This document shows positions 35,738 to 46,522 of a DNA stretch of 64,000 nt, piece by piece. A program made the translations under genes and the position numbers. The notes below the pieces were generated by a model that was not told the DNA's origin, searched no databases, and was given only the letters and a program-made list of their open reading frames with translations. This DNA is from a virus, in the IMG/VR virus record IMGVR_UViG_3300031251_000003, positions 94,107 to 158,106 of that record. One strand, written 5' to 3'. Positions within the stretch are counted from its first letter, which is position 1, and every line of letters begins with the position of its first letter.

Positions 35738-36261
35738 TTGTAGGTGCTCCTGGCACCCGTAAAAGTCAGATCGCAGAGGATCTATTATCCTTATTTCCTG
35801 AGCAGCTTTTGTTTCCTACTGATCCAGTGACGAACAGTGGGACTTTCGCGCTAGGATCGCTGGCTGACTATAGAATTGAGTTGAAGCTTGCTCTGGGCAG
35901 GATCTTGGAAACTCCTACCTCGGATCTTCCTACATTGAGGATTCATAGCCTCATCGATAACCTTGCGTACATCACTTTTGCTCTATCAAGATATCAAATG
36001 GGCACTGTTAGTCAGAAGACAGCCGAGCGAGCAGTACTGATCTTCACGGTCATCGGTAACTTACTGGTTGATTCATTCGAGGCCGATCATGTGTTCTTCT
36101 TAATGGGAGACTTTGATCCAGTCGATGACTATGAACAGTACGAGTTGCAATCTATCTTGCAGATGATTCTGGATGAGTACTCGATCCCCTATTCCCTTAT
36201 CGAATCGAACGAGGATGCAACAGAAAAGATCGCCGTCACAATAGGTGCCTATCTTGGATAG
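35668..36261 (+). CDS. P-loop NTPase/nucleotide-kinase-like protein (start uncertain)
   Basis: IVGAPGTRKS; SLID..AY. Confidence 0.6.
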   Translation: MGRSNRPKERTKHTTSGIQPTFIIVGAPGTRKSQIAEDLLSLFPEQLLFPTDPVTNSGTFALGSLADYRIELKLALGRILETPTSDLPTLRIHSLIDNLAYITFALSRYQMGTVSQKTAERAVLIFTVIGNLLVDSFEADHVFFLMGDFDPVDDYEQYELQSILQMILDEYSIPYSLIESNEDATEKIAVTIGAYLG

Positions 36262-37045
36262 AGACGTACTGCTCTCCAACCTAAGAAAGCCTCTTGACGA
36301 CACGACCTATGATAGGATCACGTCCATGTACCCCGTTGCAAGCGTCTGTCCGACCTGTGGAGGGGCAAAGAAGTACAACTTGGACTTCGTTACCCATGAG
36401 TGTGATTGTGAGATACAGAAGCTCCTACAGCGTCACTACTTCGCGGCCAATATCGGTCGAGAGTATCACGATATCTGTCTAAAGGATTTTGATGGCCCAG
36501 ACAGTGATCAAGTTGTATCTCAGACTCAGGCGTATATTGATAATTTTCAGGATAATTTCCATTATGGGCTAGGACTGACCTTCAGTGGGAAGGTAGGAAC
36601 GGGAAAGACTTTTGCGGCTACATGCGTAGGTAAGGAACTGATCAAGTTAGGTCAGGATATCTACTTTGTCGGGTTTGAAGATCTAATCAATATTTGGGGT
36701 CGAAGTTGGCACGATGATGATGCTAAGAAGATTCTTGAGAAGCGACTCAAGACCTCTTCTGTTCTAATCCTCGATGAATTGCGTACAGATCAACGTAACC
36801 TGAAGGGTTTTCTAGCTCAAGGGCTAGAGTCAGTCATCCGACATCGTACCGCAAACCTGTTGCCTACATTGGTTACCACAAATATGGACGCCGAGGAAGA
36901 ACTTGACCAGTTTGGTAAGACTTATTCACTACTCTCAGCTAAGAACACTCGTATCATTACGACCGGTTATGACCGTCGTATGAGAGAAGTGAGGAACCGC
37001 AACTTTGAGCTATCGAAGCGGAAAGAACGCCGACCGATATGCTAG
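36245..37045 (+). CDS. DnaC/IstB-like helicase loader
   Basis: CPTC..CDC; GKVGTGKT; LILDEL; TTN. Confidence 0.85.
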   Translation: MPILDRDVLLSNLRKPLDDTTYDRITSMYPVASVCPTCGGAKKYNLDFVTHECDCEIQKLLQRHYFAANIGREYHDICLKDFDGPDSDQVVSQTQAYIDNFQDNFHYGLGLTFSGKVGTGKTFAATCVGKELIKLGQDIYFVGFEDLINIWGRSWHDDDAKKILEKRLKTSSVLILDELRTDQRNLKGFLAQGLESVIRHRTANLLPTLVTTNMDAEEELDQFGKTYSLLSAKNTRIITTGYDRRMREVRNRNFELSKRKERRPIC

Positions 37046-37055
37046 GGAATCGTAG

Positions 37056-38315
37056 ATGACAACTTTAGTTAGTTCGGCAATTGACATAGAGCAAGATTTT
37101 GTAAACCATCTTCAGGATCAGACATCCTTGGAGTTTGTCATGCACGAGGGTATCTCTTCGGAGTTACTCCTAAGCCCCCTCTCTAAGAGTATCTTCCAGT
37201 TCGTACAGCATCAGCACAATGCGACTGGTAAGGTGCCTACCCTTCGTGTTCTACAGACAGAGTTCCCTGCTTTCACATTCGATACTCCTGAGACGACGGT
37301 GCAATACATCATCGAGAAACTACGTATCCGTTATCAGCGTAATCAGGTGGGTGCTACTCTGGAAGAGGTAGCAATGGTAGCCAACAGTGACCCACAGTTG
37401 GCTCTATCTAAGCTCCGTGATAAGGTATTTGAGATCGAGCGTACAAGTCTCTCACAGAGGCAGGTTTTCAAGCCGGGAGATCATAAGCTCTTCATTCATG
37501 ACCTTCAACAGAAGGTTATTGCTGGACTCTATAAGGGTGTCTCTATGGGCTTTGCTGATATCGATGCATTTACTGGTGGAATCAAGCACGGTAACCTTGC
37601 CTATATTCTCGCCCGACCTAAGAGGAAGAAGACCTTCTTCACCTTACAAGCCTTTATCCAACAGGTTTACAACGACGAATTTCCGTACCTGTTTACCCTT
37701 GAGAACACCGATGAAGAAATCAAGCTCAGGATTTCTTGTATGCTCTCTGGTGTTTCCTGGGATACAGCTATCAAGGGTGGTTTGACCAAGAAAGATTGGA
37801 AGGACATTGAAGTAGCTTGGGATAACTTCTCACAGCATGAATTCAGAATCGAAATGCCTCCGTTGGATGAGCGTACCGTTAATCACTTTACGTTGCGAGC
37901 CGATAAGGTAGGCGCAGGCCCGATCCTAATCTCTCAGTTCAAGTACATTAAAGGAACCAAGGATTGGTATCGTACTGAGACAGAAGAGAAAGCAGAGGTT
38001 GCGGTGGAGTTGAAGCAGGCTGCTACACGTCCAGGTCACGAGCGCCCTATCATTGTAGAGGCTCAGTTCAACCGTGGTGGAGACAGCATGGAAGAGCTTG
38101 AAGACTTCGATGCAAGTAAGGTAGGTCTTACCGATATGATCCCGCAGTCAGCAGATATTCTCTTCGGGATCTTCGAGAACAAGGATATGCGATTGAATCA
38201 GATCTCAGAATATGGTATACTAGAGAGCAGGAATACCAATAAGGCTGCTTGGTTTATCGAAACCGAGCTTATCACCAGGACTGATATCAGTATGCAGGCT
38301 GGAAGCCAGCACTAG
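37056..38315 (+). CDS. dnaB: DnaB-like replicative helicase
   Basis: GF..ID...GG...G.L..ILARPKRKKT; AQFNR; Q.AD. Confidence 0.85.
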   Translation: MTTLVSSAIDIEQDFVNHLQDQTSLEFVMHEGISSELLLSPLSKSIFQFVQHQHNATGKVPTLRVLQTEFPAFTFDTPETTVQYIIEKLRIRYQRNQVGATLEEVAMVANSDPQLALSKLRDKVFEIERTSLSQRQVFKPGDHKLFIHDLQQKVIAGLYKGVSMGFADIDAFTGGIKHGNLAYILARPKRKKTFFTLQAFIQQVYNDEFPYLFTLENTDEEIKLRISCMLSGVSWDTAIKGGLTKKDWKDIEVAWDNFSQHEFRIEMPPLDERTVNHFTLRADKVGAGPILISQFKYIKGTKDWYRTETEEKAEVAVELKQAATRPGHERPIIVEAQFNRGGDSMEELEDFDASKVGLTDMIPQSADILFGIFENKDMRLNQISEYGILESRNTNKAAWFIETELITRTDISMQAGSQH

Positions 38316-38326
38316 AAAGGTGGAAG

Positions 38327-38623
38327 ATGGCAAACAGAGATATTCGTTGGGATGACTATAAGGACACCGCCGCCTTGGTAGTAGATATCGAGCAGATGGT
38401 CAAAGATATGCAGAGAGAGGTAGAAGAAGTATCTAAGGTGCCCAAGAGTGAAGTTAAGGTACCATTGTTCGCTGATGCAAGAACCATCTTGGCTGCTCTA
38501 AGCAAACAGCTTGAAATTCTTGAAAGTCTTGAAGAGGATCTGGAAGGCGAAGCTGCTGATCAAGTAAGAGATGCAATCTTCTATCTGAAAGAAACATTGG
38601 ACGCGCTAAAAAAGATCAAGTGA
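38327..38623 (+). CDS. Hypothetical helical protein
   Basis: 98 aa with RBS. Confidence 0.55.
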   Translation: MANRDIRWDDYKDTAALVVDIEQMVKDMQREVEEVSKVPKSEVKVPLFADARTILAALSKQLEILESLEEDLEGEAADQVRDAIFYLKETLDALKKIK

Positions 38624-39762
38624 AAAAAGAATTCAGACGAGGGATAACAGTAGATTCGGTCGAGTACGGTCACCTACGGGGCCGACTCGATACCGAGTCT
38701 GTGCTCGAAGACCTGGGAATTGATGTAGCCTACAAGCTAAGAGAGAATCAATGGATGGCGCACTGCCCAGACCTCCAAGGATATCACAGTAACGGTGATT
38801 CCAACCCATCTTTCGGGTTCAATGATGAGAAACTAGCTTTCAACTGTTTCAAGTGTGGTGGCGGTAACATCGTTGAACTAGTACAGATGATGAAGCCCGA
38901 GTTTGCCCGCCGATTCAAGAATGACATCGAGAAAGATCAAGAGGCGATCAGATATCTAGAACAGTTTGCAGACTTCAACAAGAGTGATGGACTAGAGGCC
39001 AGAATCCAGGCTATTCTTCATCCCCAGAAAGAGGAAGTATTACCGATGCCCGACTACCCCTTAGAAAACCTTTTCCAATACCATAAGATCCATCCCTATC
39101 TCTACGAGAGGGGGTTGGTTAAGGATGTCATCGTGGATATGCAGGTAGGATTCGATATGGATCATCTCTCCATCGTAATCCCGCATATCTTTATGAACAA
39201 ACTGGTTGGTATCCAGCGTCGGCACATCGTTCAGGATGAGACTGGCAAGTTCTTGTGCCCAAAGTGCGAGCTTCTAAACAAGCCCGTCCCGAAGTACAAG
39301 AATACCCCTAACTTCCCGAAGGTCAACACTCTTTATGGGTACGATTACATGAAGAACAGGATGAGGGTCGAGGGTGGTAACTCTGTCATTGTCGTTGAGT
39401 CACCCATGACGATGCTCAAGTTGGCTTCTCTGGGATTCCATCGTACTGTGGCCACGTTCGGGCAGTTCAGTAAGGAACAAGGGATGCTGCTCTTGGCTGT
39501 TCCTCTCCTTTACTATTGGCCCGATAATGATGCGGCTGGGTATGAGAATACTCAGCGTTTCATCGAGACAATGAGCCGTTACACGAATGTCAAGATTGTT
39601 CCTGCGCTACCCTCGCTGAAGGGTGATGCAGCGGAACTCAATACCGCAGAAGAAGTATCCAAATACCTACAACATTCCTATAGTTCATCCCTGTTTGGAC
39701 TCTACTCGAAGGACAAGAAGCTCCCTGTACTAGACGGTATTTTGACCTTCAGCGACGGCTAA
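38620..39762 (+). CDS. dnaG: DNA primase
   Basis: Zn finger HCP..H...FNCFKC; KYKN; TOPRIM VVES...DNDAAG. Confidence 0.9.
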   Translation: MKKEFRRGITVDSVEYGHLRGRLDTESVLEDLGIDVAYKLRENQWMAHCPDLQGYHSNGDSNPSFGFNDEKLAFNCFKCGGGNIVELVQMMKPEFARRFKNDIEKDQEAIRYLEQFADFNKSDGLEARIQAILHPQKEEVLPMPDYPLENLFQYHKIHPYLYERGLVKDVIVDMQVGFDMDHLSIVIPHIFMNKLVGIQRRHIVQDETGKFLCPKCELLNKPVPKYKNTPNFPKVNTLYGYDYMKNRMRVEGGNSVIVVESPMTMLKLASLGFHRTVATFGQFSKEQGMLLLAVPLLYYWPDNDAAGYENTQRFIETMSRYTNVKIVPALPSLKGDAAELNTAEEVSKYLQHSYSSSLFGLYSKDKKLPVLDGILTFSDG

Positions 39763-39786
39763 TTAATAGGAATATCGGAGGTAGAT

Positions 39787-39975
39787 ATGCAAAAGTATGG
39801 TGATGTAGAAAAGTTAGATGTCCTAGTTGGCGAAGAGGCTCAGGTACTTAACGAGCATATGGAACGCACCGGCAGATACAAGGTAAGCGACTTCACTAAG
39901 GCTCAGAAGGAAGAGCTTCAGCGTGACCTAGAATCTATCAAGCAAGACGAAGCAGTAGAAGAAGAGACTGCGTAG
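39787..39975 (+). CDS. Small acidic protein
   Basis: GGAGG RBS. Confidence 0.55.
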   Translation: MQKYGDVEKLDVLVGEEAQVLNEHMERTGRYKVSDFTKAQKEELQRDLESIKQDEAVEEETA

Positions 39976-40004
39976 TATAGCAGAAGATAAGTATATCTTA
40001 TTGC

Positions 40005-40033
40005 TTGACATAGACCTCATAATGAGGTACAAT
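40005..40033 (+). promoter_or_regulatory. Sigma70 promoter
   Basis: TTGACA-N17-TACAAT. Confidence 0.8.
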
Positions 40034-40070
40034 ATAAACAGTAAACTCACAAGGAGATACACATAAACTT

Positions 40071-40883
40071 ATGGCAACTAGAAAGTTTCAGCGCGGTACA
40101 GAATTAATCAAGCAAGCAGCAGAAAGCAAGGGTGGGGGACGAAGGTTCACACCGAACATCTTTTGGAAGCCCGGAGATGTCAAGACAATTGCCTTTGCAA
40201 CAGAGGCAGAACAGATCCCTAAGGTTCTCGTCCATCAGGTAGTTAGAATCCCTGATGACAGATTTGATTCTGGTTTTAGGATCGAGAACATCATCTGTAA
40301 GAAGGATCCCTCGATGATCGAGGAATTCGGTGGGTCGTGCGAGTTGTGTGATGAAGTAAAGCACGATGCAACCGAAAGGTTCGTCGCTCTAGCAGTTGAA
40401 CTAGAACCCATCAAGGATGGGAAGAAGGTTACTGGCTTAAAGGTCAAGACGAACCGAGCAAAGAACAAGGATGGCGTCGAGACTGATTATCCTCAGTGGG
40501 GATTGGTCATGCAGGCATCGTCTAACTTCTTCTCATACTTCGCAGCCTATTCGGATGCCGGTAACGACATTCGTGAGGTAGGTTGGGAGATTCAGCGTGA
40601 GGGTGGATCACGGGATACCAAGTATCACCCGTTCATTGTCATGAATGGCCCGAATGCTGTCGCTCTTCCTGATCTCAGTGAAGTATTGGAGAACGTTCCT
40701 AGCTTGGACGAACTTCTTGAGGGAATGGCTTCAGAAGAGAAGTATGCCGAGGTAGCTGGTCTTGATCCAGGTACACAGATCTCATTCGGTGGCAAGAACA
40801 AGACCGCCGAGAGTGGAACTGTACCGTCTGGTGATCGTCAGACCGAGTTCGAAAGAATTCGAGAAGAACTAAACGCATACTAA
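40071..40883 (+). CDS. Single-stranded DNA-binding protein (gp32-like)
   Basis: C...CELC; I.R.GG..DTKY; position in the replication module. Confidence 0.65.
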   Translation: MATRKFQRGTELIKQAAESKGGGRRFTPNIFWKPGDVKTIAFATEAEQIPKVLVHQVVRIPDDRFDSGFRIENIICKKDPSMIEEFGGSCELCDEVKHDATERFVALAVELEPIKDGKKVTGLKVKTNRAKNKDGVETDYPQWGLVMQASSNFFSYFAAYSDAGNDIREVGWEIQREGGSRDTKYHPFIVMNGPNAVALPDLSEVLENVPSLDELLEGMASEEKYAEVAGLDPGTQISFGGKNKTAESGTVPSGDRQTEFERIREELNAY

Positions 40884-40889
40884 GCGGTA

Positions 40890-41462
40890 ATGGCTGTAAC
40901 TATCATCACTGATGGTTCAGCATGTAATAGCACCGGCAAGGGTGGTTGGGCTTGCGTTGTACGTAACTCCATCACCCTTGCCGAGCTAACAGGCTGGGCA
41001 GAAGACACAACTTCTAATCGAATGGAGCTAACAGCAGCCGTTGAGGGGCTGAAGTTTGTTAGTATCCCTTCGGAGATTACGGTTGTAACCGATTCGGCTT
41101 ATCTTCTCAATACAATGCGGCATCACTGGTATGAAAGGTGGTTCGCGGAAGAGGGTAAGACGAAGCCCAGACCCAACTTGGACCTCTGGTATGAGTTAGT
41201 TGGTTTGTCCAGCTATCACGATATCTCCTGGATCAAGGTAAAGGGGCATTCAGGTGACTACTGGAATGATCGAGTCGATAAGCTAGCTGACTATGCTCGC
41301 CGGGAGAAAGTAACAATTAACACAGAGTTTAAGTTCGAAGGAATCCAGTGTAATGGGATGAGCTATGGCAAGCAGTGTTACCTCTATGAGACTCATAGTG
41401 GAGACTGTAAGTTTGGTAATCTTGCAAGGTTCACCAACGGATTGATTGATCTCAAGACATAA
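40890..41462 (+). CDS. rnhA: Ribonuclease HI
   Basis: TDGSAC, TTSNRMEL, TDSAY, WIKVKGHSG..WN.RVD. Confidence 0.92.
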   Translation: MAVTIITDGSACNSTGKGGWACVVRNSITLAELTGWAEDTTSNRMELTAAVEGLKFVSIPSEITVVTDSAYLLNTMRHHWYERWFAEEGKTKPRPNLDLWYELVGLSSYHDISWIKVKGHSGDYWNDRVDKLADYARREKVTINTEFKFEGIQCNGMSYGKQCYLYETHSGDCKFGNLARFTNGLIDLKT

Positions 41463-41510
41463 TGGCCACACCAATACTACAAGTTTAGGGATAACCAAAT
41501 CGTAATATGT

Positions 41511-41972
41511 ATGAGAGAATGTAGACGGTGTAAGATAGAAAAATCATTAGATCAATTTTACACAAGAAATGATGGAAAGTATCTACGATATATATGTAAG
41601 GCGTGTACTAATAAGGTAAAGTATGCAAGTCGTAAGGCGAATGGCAAAGATAATGGAGAATCAAAGGGATCTAGAATGGATCGTCATGAACGTTTGAAAC
41701 GAGAAGTGTTTCAGGCTTATGGCAATAAATGTGTATGCTGCGGAGAGAAAGAATTGCACTTTTTAACTATCGATCATATCAATGGACTCCCAGACCGACA
41801 CCGACAGTTGGATGGTAGGCGCGTTTCGGGTACTCGATTGTTATATTTGCTTAGACAAGAGGGATATCCTAAGGATTGTCGCATTCTTTGTTGGAACTGT
41901 AATTGCTCGTATGCCTACTATGGGTTTTGTCCACATCAACCTCATGATATTTCTGAGAGGCGATACCAATAG
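41511..41972 (+). CDS. HNH homing endonuclease
   Basis: CRRC..CKAC; YGNKCVCCGE...LTIDHING...LCWNCN. Confidence 0.88.
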   Translation: MRECRRCKIEKSLDQFYTRNDGKYLRYICKACTNKVKYASRKANGKDNGESKGSRMDRHERLKREVFQAYGNKCVCCGEKELHFLTIDHINGLPDRHRQLDGRRVSGTRLLYLLRQEGYPKDCRILCWNCNCSYAYYGFCPHQPHDISERRYQ

Positions 41973-44900
41973 CTACTCCGATCCATAACCATACATACGC
42001 TTCTGCCCTCGATGGTTTGTCTAAGCCGGAAGAGATAGTACAACGCTGCAAGGAATGCGATTTTGCCTCAGTAGGAATCACGGATCATGATGTTGTAGCT
42101 GGTCACGTAGACTTCTTCAAAGAGGTAACTGAAGCTGGTATCAAGCCTCTCCTGGGGATCGAAACGTATCAGACCATCGGGACGAGGTTTCAGAACTATG
42201 GTGGTCTAAGCAAGCGCGACGATCAGGGCGTCAAGAATCGTATCGATAACTTTCATCTGATCTTGGTGGCCATGAATAACACTGGCCTCAAGAATCTATG
42301 GGCTATGAATAGTAGTGCTCACTTGGATGGGTTCTACTACAATGGGCGTGTGGATTGGGAGCTTCTAGAGAAGTACAACGAGGGGATTATCTGTACCTCC
42401 GCGTGCAACCTCGGTATGCTCTCTCAGTCATTACAGAATAACCCTTATCTGCCCGACACAGAGACTTTGCTATCCAAGTATCAATCGATCTTCGGTGATC
42501 GATTCTATATAGAACTTTCAACATATTCAGAGGCATGGCAGCGCGATAAGAACTACCAGCTATCGCAGTTAGCGAACGAGCATGGCGTCCCCATGGTCTA
42601 TGCTAACGATGCACACTATGCCTTCAAGGGTCAGTACGAATTGCATGAGCTTGTGCTCTGTATGCAATACCAGGAGAAGTACGCTAAGTTAGAGGAACCC
42701 CATCACACTCCTGATCTCTATATCATGAGTGAACAGGAGGTCAACGATTCTTTCTTTTATCTCCCTCAAAGCATCGTTGACGATATCCTCGACAACACTG
42801 ATGAACTGGCCTCTCGGTGTGACGTTACTCTTCCAGGGCACAAGATGCACGTCCCGGTTTTTATCCCCGAAAGCAAGTGGGCTACAAGCCGGGATATGCT
42901 CTTTGATCTAGCAGTACAGGGGTACGAGAAGAAGATCGCCGCTCGTGGTCTTCCCGATGATGTCTACATGGAACGTTTCAAGATGGAGATGGGCGTCATC
43001 AGTCAGGCAAACCTAACTGATTACCTACTGACGGTTAGAGATTTCATCATCTGGGCTAAAGAGGAAGAGGGAATCCTAGTAGGCCCAGGTCGTGGGTCTA
43101 TTGGTGGTTCTCTGGTGGCTTATCTCATTGGTATCCACGAGATCGATCCGATCAGATATGGTCTGATCTTCGAACGATTCTATAACATCGGCCGTGAGGC
43201 ATCCCTACCTGATATTGACGTAGACTTTCCTACATGGGCACGAGAACTAGTGAAAGAATATCTCACTAAGAAATACGGCACTGAACTGTGCGCCGATGTG
43301 GGTAACGTAGGTTCATTCCAGGGTCGTAATGCAATCCAGAAGCTTGGTACAGCATTGGAGATTCCGTTCCCCGATGTACGAGCCATCTCTAAGATCATCG
43401 AAGGGTGTATCGAGTCTGGTCAGCAGCCTAAGTGGGAAGGGGAGAAAGGAATCTGGGCCAAGGCTGGTACAGAACTTGAACCCTATAAGCGTAAGCATCC
43501 TAAGCTATTCGAGTATGCTGAAACTCTTTATGGTAGGACTCAGAACTACGGTGTCCACGCATCGGGATTCATTGTCTCTGACGTACCGCTGAAGGATAAC
43601 TTCCCTCTCCGTTGGAACACGAAAGAGAAGAAGCCCGTTACTCAGTGGGATATGACAGTTGCTGAAAAGCTTGGGTTCATGAAACATGATATCCTGGGTG
43701 TTCGTAACCTCGACACACTGATGGAATACAACAAGATCCTCAAGGGTCGTGGGAAGCCCACAGTTGACTTCTATGACGTTCGCAGGATGGACGAGGACGG
43801 AGAGCTTCCCGAAGAGATGTGGCAGCTTCTAGACACGGGTAAGACGGTCGGTATCTTTCAGATCGAAGACACTGTGTTTGTCAAGAACCTAGCCAAGAAC
43901 ATTCGTCCACGTAATCTGGAAGAGCTTTCGCTCGTTACCGCTCTCAATAGACCTGGCCCTATCAAGTCAGGTGCTTGGAGTCGTTATGTCGATGCTCGTA
44001 ATGGGAACCAACATGAGACTATCCACCCCATTTTCCTCGACGTAGCTAAGGAATCCTATGGGGAGATCGTATACCAGGAGCAATTCATTGGGTTCTTCGA
44101 GGCTCTGGGATACGATCTAAAAGAGGCCGATAGTATCCGTGCTATTGTAGGTAAGAAGAAGAGGGATAAGATGGCCGAAGTAAAGCCTGATTTCATTAAG
44201 CGTTTCCGAAAGATCAATGAGGCTACTATCACTGATGAGCTATCACAACAACTTGTGGATAGTCTTGGTGAACAGATCTGGAAGAACCTAGAGCAGTTTG
44301 CCGACTACGCCTTTAACAAGGCTCACTCAGTCGAGTACGGATTGATTACCCTCTGGACTCTCTATGCTAAGTGGCTCAACCCAATCGAATTTTATCTAGC
44401 TTCAATCAAGTCTCTTGTGTCTGAAGGGATGAAGGGTGAGGTTCCGCGTTACATCCGTGAAGCACGGGCAGCGGATATCCCTGTCCTGCCCGTAGATATG
44501 AACCGCTCCTTGGCTCAGACTTCTATCGAGGATGATTCAATTCGGTATGGTTTCCAAGATATAAAGGGCATAGGTGCTAACGTTGCTAGATGGATAATCG
44601 AGCATAGACCTTACAGGGATTTCGATGAGATAATTGAAAAGGCTGAAGACCCCAACAACAAGATTCGTCTCAAGAATGGCGTCATGACCATGGCGGTCAA
44701 TCGTGGCCACGTAGAGAAGATGCGTCGGCTTACAGATACGGAAGGAGAGGAACTACTTGAAGCTGAGGAAGAGCTATTAGGATATGCGCTGTCCGATAAG
44801 TCTGCTAACATACTAGATGAGTATGCAGACGACATTGAACAGCTTTGTGTTCCATTCTCAGCCGCCGATTCCCCCGGTCGTTACACAATTGCGGGCGTTA

Positions 44901-45121
44901 TCACAGAGATCAAAGAGACTACGACGAAGAAGGGTAGTCCAATGGCCTGGGTAACATTAGAGAACAGCGGTGAGACTCTTCAGTGTACTGTGTGGGATTC
45001 AGAACTAACTAGATTGTCGTTCATTTGGAGACGAAGACAGGCACTCATAGCAAATATCCAAGTAAATGATCGAGGTATCAATATCAAAGGAGCTAAGCCC
45101 CTTTACGCAAAGAAACAATAA
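41969..45121 (+). CDS. dnaE: DNA polymerase III alpha subunit (start probably the non-canonical ATA)
   Basis: PHP HNHT...LDG, ITDH, GPGRGS, PDIDVDF, HASG, YAFNKAHS. Confidence 0.93.
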   Translation: MATPIHNHTYASALDGLSKPEEIVQRCKECDFASVGITDHDVVAGHVDFFKEVTEAGIKPLLGIETYQTIGTRFQNYGGLSKRDDQGVKNRIDNFHLILVAMNNTGLKNLWAMNSSAHLDGFYYNGRVDWELLEKYNEGIICTSACNLGMLSQSLQNNPYLPDTETLLSKYQSIFGDRFYIELSTYSEAWQRDKNYQLSQLANEHGVPMVYANDAHYAFKGQYELHELVLCMQYQEKYAKLEEPHHTPDLYIMSEQEVNDSFFYLPQSIVDDILDNTDELASRCDVTLPGHKMHVPVFIPESKWATSRDMLFDLAVQGYEKKIAARGLPDDVYMERFKMEMGVISQANLTDYLLTVRDFIIWAKEEEGILVGPGRGSIGGSLVAYLIGIHEIDPIRYGLIFERFYNIGREASLPDIDVDFPTWARELVKEYLTKKYGTELCADVGNVGSFQGRNAIQKLGTALEIPFPDVRAISKIIEGCIESGQQPKWEGEKGIWAKAGTELEPYKRKHPKLFEYAETLYGRTQNYGVHASGFIVSDVPLKDNFPLRWNTKEKKPVTQWDMTVAEKLGFMKHDILGVRNLDTLMEYNKILKGRGKPTVDFYDVRRMDEDGELPEEMWQLLDTGKTVGIFQIEDTVFVKNLAKNIRPRNLEELSLVTALNRPGPIKSGAWSRYVDARNGNQHETIHPIFLDVAKESYGEIVYQEQFIGFFEALGYDLKEADSIRAIVGKKKRDKMAEVKPDFIKRFRKINEATITDELSQQLVDSLGEQIWKNLEQFADYAFNKAHSVEYGLITLWTLYAKWLNPIEFYLASIKSLVSEGMKGEVPRYIREARAADIPVLPVDMNRSLAQTSIEDDSIRYGFQDIKGIGANVARWIIEHRPYRDFDEIIEKAEDPNNKIRLKNGVMTMAVNRGHVEKMRRLTDTEGEELLEAEEELLGYALSDKSANILDEYADDIEQLCVPFSAADSPGRYTIAGVITEIKETTTKKGSPMAWVTLENSGETLQCTVWDSELTRLSFIWRRRQALIANIQVNDRGINIKGAKPLYAKKQ

Positions 45122-45139
45122 ACGGACGAGGTATAATGA

Positions 45140-46213
45140 ATGAGTATAGACAATCTTTTGAAAGAACTACAGAAGGATCTAGGCGACAGAGCTTTCTTAG
45201 CTAGTGAGGCACCATCCGTGAGAGTAATTTCAACAGGTATAACAAGTTTAGATGTAGCCACCGGTATTGGTGGGTTCCCTCGCGGTACTTTGGTCGAGGT
45301 TTTTGGTCGTGAGTCAAGTGGTAAAACGGCATTAGCTGTTTATGCTATGGCAGAAGTCCATCGAAATAAGGGCTACACTGGTTTAGTCAACTTGGAGTCT
45401 AACATTACTGAGGAAGGATGGAAACAATGGGCTGTTAGTATTGCTCCACCATGGTTTGATCCTGCCAGAGTACTTGTAACAAATCCAGATCCAGGTACAG
45501 AATCTCTTATCACATTTAGTAAGATGATCGCCAGTGGCAGTATGGATCTAGTAGTTTATGACTCTATCGGAGCTATGTCTACCGATAAAGAACTTCAGAT
45601 AGGAGAGTCTAAACAGGCATTCGGTCAGTCAGCTATGGTAACACAGTTGATCAAGCAGGCTGCTCACTTCGCTTATGAGGCTCAGTGTGTCCCTATATTT
45701 TTGAACCAGATCCGCGATGATTCAGCAGGTAGATTCGTTATCGAAAAGGCTCCGGGTGGCCATGCTAAAGATCACTTTGCAACACTGCGTATCCATCTCA
45801 AGACTACTACTCAGAACTGGAAGAAGATCAAGATTGATGATGAAGATGAATTCCCTGGTTTCCGAGTAACCGCTAGAATTGTCAAGAACAAGGTAGGTTC
45901 ACCAAGGCGTCGTGCGGGTTGGAACTATTGGAACTATCTATCACCTGATGGAGTCATCGGGATTGATACATTCCAGGATACCATTGATGTAGCTTTGCGG
46001 CAGGATGTATTCAAGTCTAGTGGGTCATGGTATTACCACGAAGCATTCCCAGATGGGAAACTACAGGGTGGTCAGAAGGTCATTGACTTTCTTCGTAATG
46101 ATCCAGATCTAACCAAGAAGGTACGACAACAGCTTGTGCTCAATGCCTACAACGATGGGAACATCATGGCAGAAGAAGAATCTAGAGAGGTATTAACCGA
46201 TGGGGTTATTTAA
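45140..46213 (+). CDS. recA: RecA recombinase
   Basis: ISTG..SLDVATGIGGFPRG..VEVFGRESSGKT; FLNQIR; VKNKVG. Confidence 0.95.
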   Translation: MSIDNLLKELQKDLGDRAFLASEAPSVRVISTGITSLDVATGIGGFPRGTLVEVFGRESSGKTALAVYAMAEVHRNKGYTGLVNLESNITEEGWKQWAVSIAPPWFDPARVLVTNPDPGTESLITFSKMIASGSMDLVVYDSIGAMSTDKELQIGESKQAFGQSAMVTQLIKQAAHFAYEAQCVPIFLNQIRDDSAGRFVIEKAPGGHAKDHFATLRIHLKTTTQNWKKIKIDDEDEFPGFRVTARIVKNKVGSPRRRAGWNYWNYLSPDGVIGIDTFQDTIDVALRQDVFKSSGSWYYHEAFPDGKLQGGQKVIDFLRNDPDLTKKVRQQLVLNAYNDGNIMAEEESREVLTDGVI

Positions 46214-46520
46214 TCTTCATAAGAAACTTGATTCGGGTGAAATGAGATCTTGGATAGAATCTTCACCAATAGCAGTAGTACCACCTTCTACCAGTAATAC
46301 CGGTAGTGCAGTCTCAACTGTAACAGGGGTTAATTCTGGGCCGGTTTCTCAACAGTATTTTACCACTACTAATGTGAGTAGTCCGGATCCAACCGATGTA
46401 GCTATCCAAGAGTTGAAGGCAGGACAAGCTGCAATAGTGGAACTGCTTAATGGCATGGTGGATAAACTTGATTCACTTCAGGAACGGATTGAGTTACTCG
46501 AAGACGACATAATGGAATAA
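46200..46520 (+). CDS. Hypothetical protein
   Basis: Coupled ORF. Confidence 0.55.
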   Translation: MGLFNLHKKLDSGEMRSWIESSPIAVVPPSTSNTGSAVSTVTGVNSGPVSQQYFTTTNVSSPDPTDVAIQELKAGQAAIVELLNGMVDKLDSLQERIELLEDDIME

Positions 46521-46522
46521 TA

